From positions 384,001-448,000 of the forward strand of contig CAVTBR010000001.1 of assembly GCA_963733055.1 (NCBI GenBank): a stretch of 64,000 bases of DNA. Reading direction: 5' to 3'. A model generated the notes under the pieces. That model saw only the letters and a program-made list of their open reading frames with translations. It was not told where the DNA came from and did not search any database. Origin of the DNA: Candidatus Bathyarchaeota archaeon (GTDB lineage: Archaea; Thermoproteota; Bathyarchaeia; 40CM-2-53-6). Positions 60,275 through 64,000 of this stretch are shown piece by piece (the stretch's first letter is position 1; each line of letters begins with the position of its first letter). The translations under genes were made by a program, and so were the position numbers.

Positions 60275-61210
60275 GTGGCTTCGATGCTTGACGAGAATAT
60301 CCAGCGAATAATTAGAGAACTCGAGAAGGAAGGGGTTCCATCAAATTACTCTCTGTCTGTCAGCGAGGCGCGACGCCTCTCGAGGGATATGGGAAAGAGA
60401 TTCGCAGCCCCACCCCCAAATCTTGCCCTAGTCAGAAACGTAGTCGCCTCAACGCCAAGCGCGAAAATCCCAGTGAGGGTCTACGTGCCGACGAAGCAGG
60501 AAGGTCTCCCCGTGCTAGTCTATTTTCACGGTGGCGGATGGGTTGTAGGAGACCTGGACACTTCGGACTGGCTTTGTCGCTCTATCGCACTTGCAGCCAA
60601 CTGTGTAGTCTTCTCCGTCGATTACCGCCTGGCACCTGAAAATAAATTTCCAACTCCGGTTGAAGATTGTTATTGGGCTGTGAAATGGGTTACAGAGAAC
60701 GGTATTGAGCAATACGCAGATCTGAGACGGGTAGCTGTTGGCGGCGATAGCGCCGGAGGCAACTTAGCTGCGGCGGTTTGTTTGATGGCGCGGGACCGCG
60801 GTCAACCAACCATCTCTTTCCAATTACTCCTCTGCCCGGTCATGAATCATTCCTATGACACGGAGTCATATCGTAAGTACGCCGACGGGTATCTTCTCAC
60901 GTTGAAAGATATGGAATGGTACTGGAATCATTACCTAGCGGCCGAGAAGGATGGTCAGAACCCGCATGCGTCTCCGCTACTCGGCGACCTCCGATCCCTC
61001 CCGCCAGCACTAATAATGACAGCCGAGTTCGACCCGTTGCGCGATGAAGGAGAAGCTTACGCGGAGCGACTACGGCAAGCCGGCGTCCCCGTTAAGCTGG
61101 TCCGATACGAATCCATGATTCACACTTGGACCGACTTTCCTCAACTCGAACAGACAACGGCGGCAGTACGGGAAGCAGCAATGGAGCTTCGCAAGGCATT
61201 TGGAACTTGA
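60275..61210 (+). CDS. Alpha/beta hydrolase, HSL-family esterase
   Basis: HGGGW, DYRLAPE, GDSAGG, DPLRDE, His near C-terminus. Confidence 0.92.
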   Translation: MASMLDENIQRIIRELEKEGVPSNYSLSVSEARRLSRDMGKRFAAPPPNLALVRNVVASTPSAKIPVRVYVPTKQEGLPVLVYFHGGGWVVGDLDTSDWLCRSIALAANCVVFSVDYRLAPENKFPTPVEDCYWAVKWVTENGIEQYADLRRVAVGGDSAGGNLAAAVCLMARDRGQPTISFQLLLCPVMNHSYDTESYRKYADGYLLTLKDMEWYWNHYLAAEKDGQNPHASPLLGDLRSLPPALIMTAEFDPLRDEGEAYAERLRQAGVPVKLVRYESMIHTWTDFPQLEQTTAAVREAAMELRKAFGT

Positions 61211-61230
61211 GATCATCAGATTAGTCCAAT

Positions 61231-62391
61231 TTACGGATACGCTTGGACTCCTTGAACAAAAGTTGAGACGACGTTCAGATCTTTGTCTAAGAGGACGATA
61301 TCAGCCTCCTTACCCTTAACCAGACTGCCTGTACTAGCGCCTAGAGTCAATTGTTTTGCAGCGTTCAAAGATGCCATACGAATGACATCAGGAAGTTCGA
61401 GATGTCCCCAGGCGAGGAGGTTTCTCACCGCTCGATCCAAGGTCAATAAGCTGCCACAGAGCCTGCCATCCTCCGTGAAGGAACCCCCATCATGAACGAA
61501 ACCTTTAGTCCCACATAACTCGAACTCAGTCACTTGCGTCCCCGTGGGCATCACCGAATCTGAAACGAGAATTATCCCATCAGGCCCCTTCGCTCGCACG
61601 GCAAGAAGTGCAACGTACGGGTTAAGGTGAAGGCCATCGACGATAATTTCAGCCTTCACATCATCCGAGACAAGCGCCGCCCCCGCAGCCCCCGGCTCCC
61701 GGCCCTGAAGCCCGGACATCGCATTGAACGTGTGAGTGATGTGAGTTATTCCTGCGTCAATACCCTTCACTGCTTGTTGAAACGACGCGTTCGTGTGGCC
61801 CATTGCCGCAACAATTCCGAGACGTACGCTCTCCCTACATAACTCCAATCCGCCCTCTAGTTCTGGTGCTATTGTGATAATTTTCACGACAGGCTCGTAA
61901 CCTTCCATTATCGCTCTGAACGCGTCGAGGGAAGGATTCTGAAGGTATTCTTCGCGATGCACCCCACGCTTGGAGGGATTCAGAAAAGGTCCCTCGAGAT
62001 TCGCGCCCGCGATCTTAGCTCCCGCCCCAGGTTTTGTCATGGAATTTTTCACAGATTGTAGAAAATTTCTGATCTGCTCGGTTGGCATGCTAACGGATGT
62101 TGGTAGGAATGTTGTGATTCCAAACCGGACAAGCGCCTTCCCCATCTTAAGGAGGGACTGCTCATCGCCCCGAGTCGCGTCGTAGCCGCCTATGCCGTGA
62201 ATATGAACGTCAATGAAACCGGGCGATATGTAATTGCCACCGGCATCAATTTTGTTTACGCCAGCCGGAATCACTGAAGGAGAATCTGTGATTCTCTCAA
62301 TCTTCCCAGACTTGATGAGCATATTGCCCCGAGGGATCACTGCCGATTCAGTGATCAACGTACCGTTTACAATTGCGCAGTCAGCGGTCAA
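61231..62391 (-). CDS. nagA: N-acetylglucosamine-6-phosphate deacetylase
   Basis: PGFIDVHIHG, LEGPFL, TIAPE, GHTNA, THTFNAM, DGLH. Confidence 0.94.
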   Translation of the reverse strand: MTADCAIVNGTLITESAVIPRGNMLIKSGKIERITDSPSVIPAGVNKIDAGGNYISPGFIDVHIHGIGGYDATRGDEQSLLKMGKALVRFGITTFLPTSVSMPTEQIRNFLQSVKNSMTKPGAGAKIAGANLEGPFLNPSKRGVHREEYLQNPSLDAFRAIMEGYEPVVKIITIAPELEGGLELCRESVRLGIVAAMGHTNASFQQAVKGIDAGITHITHTFNAMSGLQGREPGAAGAALVSDDVKAEIIVDGLHLNPYVALLAVRAKGPDGIILVSDSVMPTGTQVTEFELCGTKGFVHDGGSFTEDGRLCGSLLTLDRAVRNLLAWGHLELPDVIRMASLNAAKQLTLGASTGSLVKGKEADIVLLDKDLNVVSTFVQGVQAYP

Positions 62392-62509
62392 TTAGCAGAC
62401 GCACCACAAATACACTCAGTGTCATGTAAACGAAGAGGGCTGTGCTCAAATTTACTCCGGTGGAGGAAAAGAAGCCGCTTCGCCCAGTATCAAGTACGGG
62501 ACTGGCAAG

Positions 62510-62535
62510 CTTAAAAGTAAGAATGTGATTCTTAC
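62510..62535 (+). promoter_or_regulatory. TATA-like box plus perfect palindromic operator of the TA operon
   Basis: CTTAAAA followed directly by GTAAGAAT-GTG-ATTCTTAC (8-bp perfect arms). Confidence 0.6.
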
Positions 62536-62599
62536 CAAGTACGCAGGAGAGCGGAGCAGGTCGTCGAGGATCAAATCGGTCAATGCTAAGGGTCGGAGC

Positions 62600-62860
62600 A
62601 TGGAGAATGTGGCAGATTTGGAAGTAGGATTTAGGAGGGTTACTTCTAAGGGGCAGGTCACTATTCCCGAAGTGATGAGAAAACGCTACAACATTACAAT
62701 GCAAACGAGGCTTGAGTTCGTGCCTAGTTCAGAGGGTATTCTTTTGAAGCCCGCGACAGAAGTGGGAAGTTTCAAGGAACTGGCAGGCTCGGCTTCTAGG
62801 AACTGGACTGTGGGTGAGATGTTGAGACGTTTGAGTGAACTGAGAAAGGAAAATGCCTAG
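62600..62860 (+). CDS. AbrB/MazE/SpoVT-family antitoxin
   Basis: VTSKGQVTIPEVMRKRY; ATG 62600. Confidence 0.88.
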   Translation: MENVADLEVGFRRVTSKGQVTIPEVMRKRYNITMQTRLEFVPSSEGILLKPATEVGSFKELAGSASRNWTVGEMLRRLSELRKENA

Positions 62861-63258
62861 CGCAATCTTCGAGACCCGCTTTTTCATTTACTTCTTCGCA
62901 TCCCCTGATCCGGATACGCATCGAAAGTTGCTGAGGCTGATGGGACGATATCGCTCAAGGCTCGTTTCGGCGATTACTCTCTACGAAGTCTACAAGCTCT
63001 CCCTCGAAAAAGAGGGCAAGGAGACCTGCGGAGACAAGGACCGCAAGAATAAGAAAGGAATTTGGAGTAGTCCCCGTGAATGACTCAATAGCCATCCGCG
63101 GAGCACAACTCAAGCACGCCGCGAAAGTTCGGTACAATGAGGACGTGCCAATGGCCGACAGCCTGATCGCGGCGACAGGCGTCATAACCAAAGCGACTTG
63201 CATTACGGACTCGCCACACTTCGATAAGATTCCTCAGGTCAAATGCAAATGGATATGA
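62853..63258 (+). CDS. PIN-domain (VapC-like) toxin, split by +1 frameshift near 63025
   Basis: IFETRFF, SAITLYEVY in frame 1; PMADSLIAAT, ITDSPHF in frame 2. Confidence 0.82.
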
Positions 63259-63369
63259 TTAGGGTGCTGCTCTGTCTTTCATGCGTCGTAGGGTCTCTAA
63301 ATTTGGCTTGATCACTGAAGCTTTCCCCGCCGTTCCTACGGCCGACTTTATCCAGTCCCTCTTCGTCGG

Positions 63370-63939
63370 TTACCGTGAGGTAGGCTCCCTGAGTCTCCTT
63401 CTCTCTTTCACTATCTCGAGTATCTTCCTAAACTCGTCTGTCCCGGCTTTTTCCGTCAACTCATAGATAGCCGCTTCAGTGGTCCCTATCATGGCTCCGG
63501 CCCCACGCATCCTCTCTATCGCTGTCTCCCTGTCGATCAGGGCGTGGGATGAGGTACCGTCCTTCACAAGGAGAACCTGGTAACCGTGTGTTAGCAGGTC
63601 GAGGACGGTTTGGAGTACGCAGATGTGAGTCTCGATACCACACGCGATAACCGTCTTCCTACCTACTTCCTGGAGCTTCCTCATGAAAACGGAGTCGCCG
63701 CAACAGCTGAAACTGAGCTTCCGAAAGTTGGGTGAATCAGATACTAGGTTCTTGAGTTCTGGAACAATTTCCCCCAGGTTTTCCTGTTGCGTTGCCATAA
63801 CCGGCACGTTCAGAACCCGAGCAGCTCCGATCAATGCTTTGATATTCTCCACAGTTACTTCGTGCTCAGCAATCGTGTCTATGATATGATCTTGCACGTC
63901 AATAACTAGTAGAACACAGTCACTCCGGTTAACCTTCAC
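63370..63939 (-). CDS. Isochorismatase-family cysteine hydrolase, copy 2 (close paralog of 18222-18812)
   Basis: Same motifs and long identical nucleotide stretches. Confidence 0.9.
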   Translation of the reverse strand: MKVNRSDCVLLVIDVQDHIIDTIAEHEVTVENIKALIGAARVLNVPVMATQQENLGEIVPELKNLVSDSPNFRKLSFSCCGDSVFMRKLQEVGRKTVIACGIETHICVLQTVLDLLTHGYQVLLVKDGTSSHALIDRETAIERMRGAGAMIGTTEAAIYELTEKAGTDEFRKILEIVKERRRLREPTSR

Positions 63940-64000
63940 TTTGTTGGCCTCTATACTTGCTCAGCGTCCTTTGAGAGCGATATGAAAAGGGTTTGCTTGA

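Noticed and set aside
3695-63027. Single-base frameshifts in etfA (G5), the amidohydrolase (~35857), the membrane protein (G5 at 48075) and vapC (63025) as programmed frameshifting or true pseudogenes
   Set aside because: All are +1 insertions, mostly in short homopolymers, in otherwise intact unrelated genes with no shared slippery motif. Long-read error is the simplest explanation; read polishing would decide.
1-64000. CRISPR array, rRNA, transposase or integrase
   Set aside because: No regularly spaced repeats, rRNA-like conserved tracts, or DDE/tyrosine-recombinase motifs seen by eye.

Overview
Archaeal chromosomal DNA, roughly 50% GC by eye, with many TTG/GTG starts. CDC48, geranylgeranyl reductase, TFS, an Orc1/Cdc6 fragment, a SAMP/MoaD-like protein and VapBC point to a TACK-type heterotroph, plausibly Bathyarchaeia (inference, no database search run). 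1-17 kb is housekeeping and energy genes: cdc48, GGR, ETF plus a membrane Fe-S oxidoreductase, trxB, a beta-CASP-fold protein, and a carbamate kinase flanked by two YgeW-like transcarbamylases. 22-39.5 kb is an N-heterocycle/ureide catabolic cluster: xanthine-dehydrogenase-family Mo enzyme, LLM oxidoreductase, M20 deacylase, CoA transferase, Liv-type ABC importer, cyclic amidohydrolase, a PyrB-PyrI(Zn) fusion, a CodA-like enzyme and a cysteine hydrolase. 40-50.6 kb is a defence island: truncated Cdc6, type II R-M, a MORC/GHKL-histidine kinase plus receiver plus unknown effector, and a nuclease pair flanked by tRNA-like repeats. 53-62.4 kb is a bacterial-type peptidoglycan amino-sugar scavenging cluster (anmK, murQ, nagA, AmiE-like serine hydrolase, YhfX-like PLP enzyme, GNAT, APC permease), unexpected in an archaeon. 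Three Zn-finger microproteins missing from the ORF track were found by hand. Several single-base frameshifts look like long-read errors. No complete tRNA, rRNA or CRISPR array was seen.
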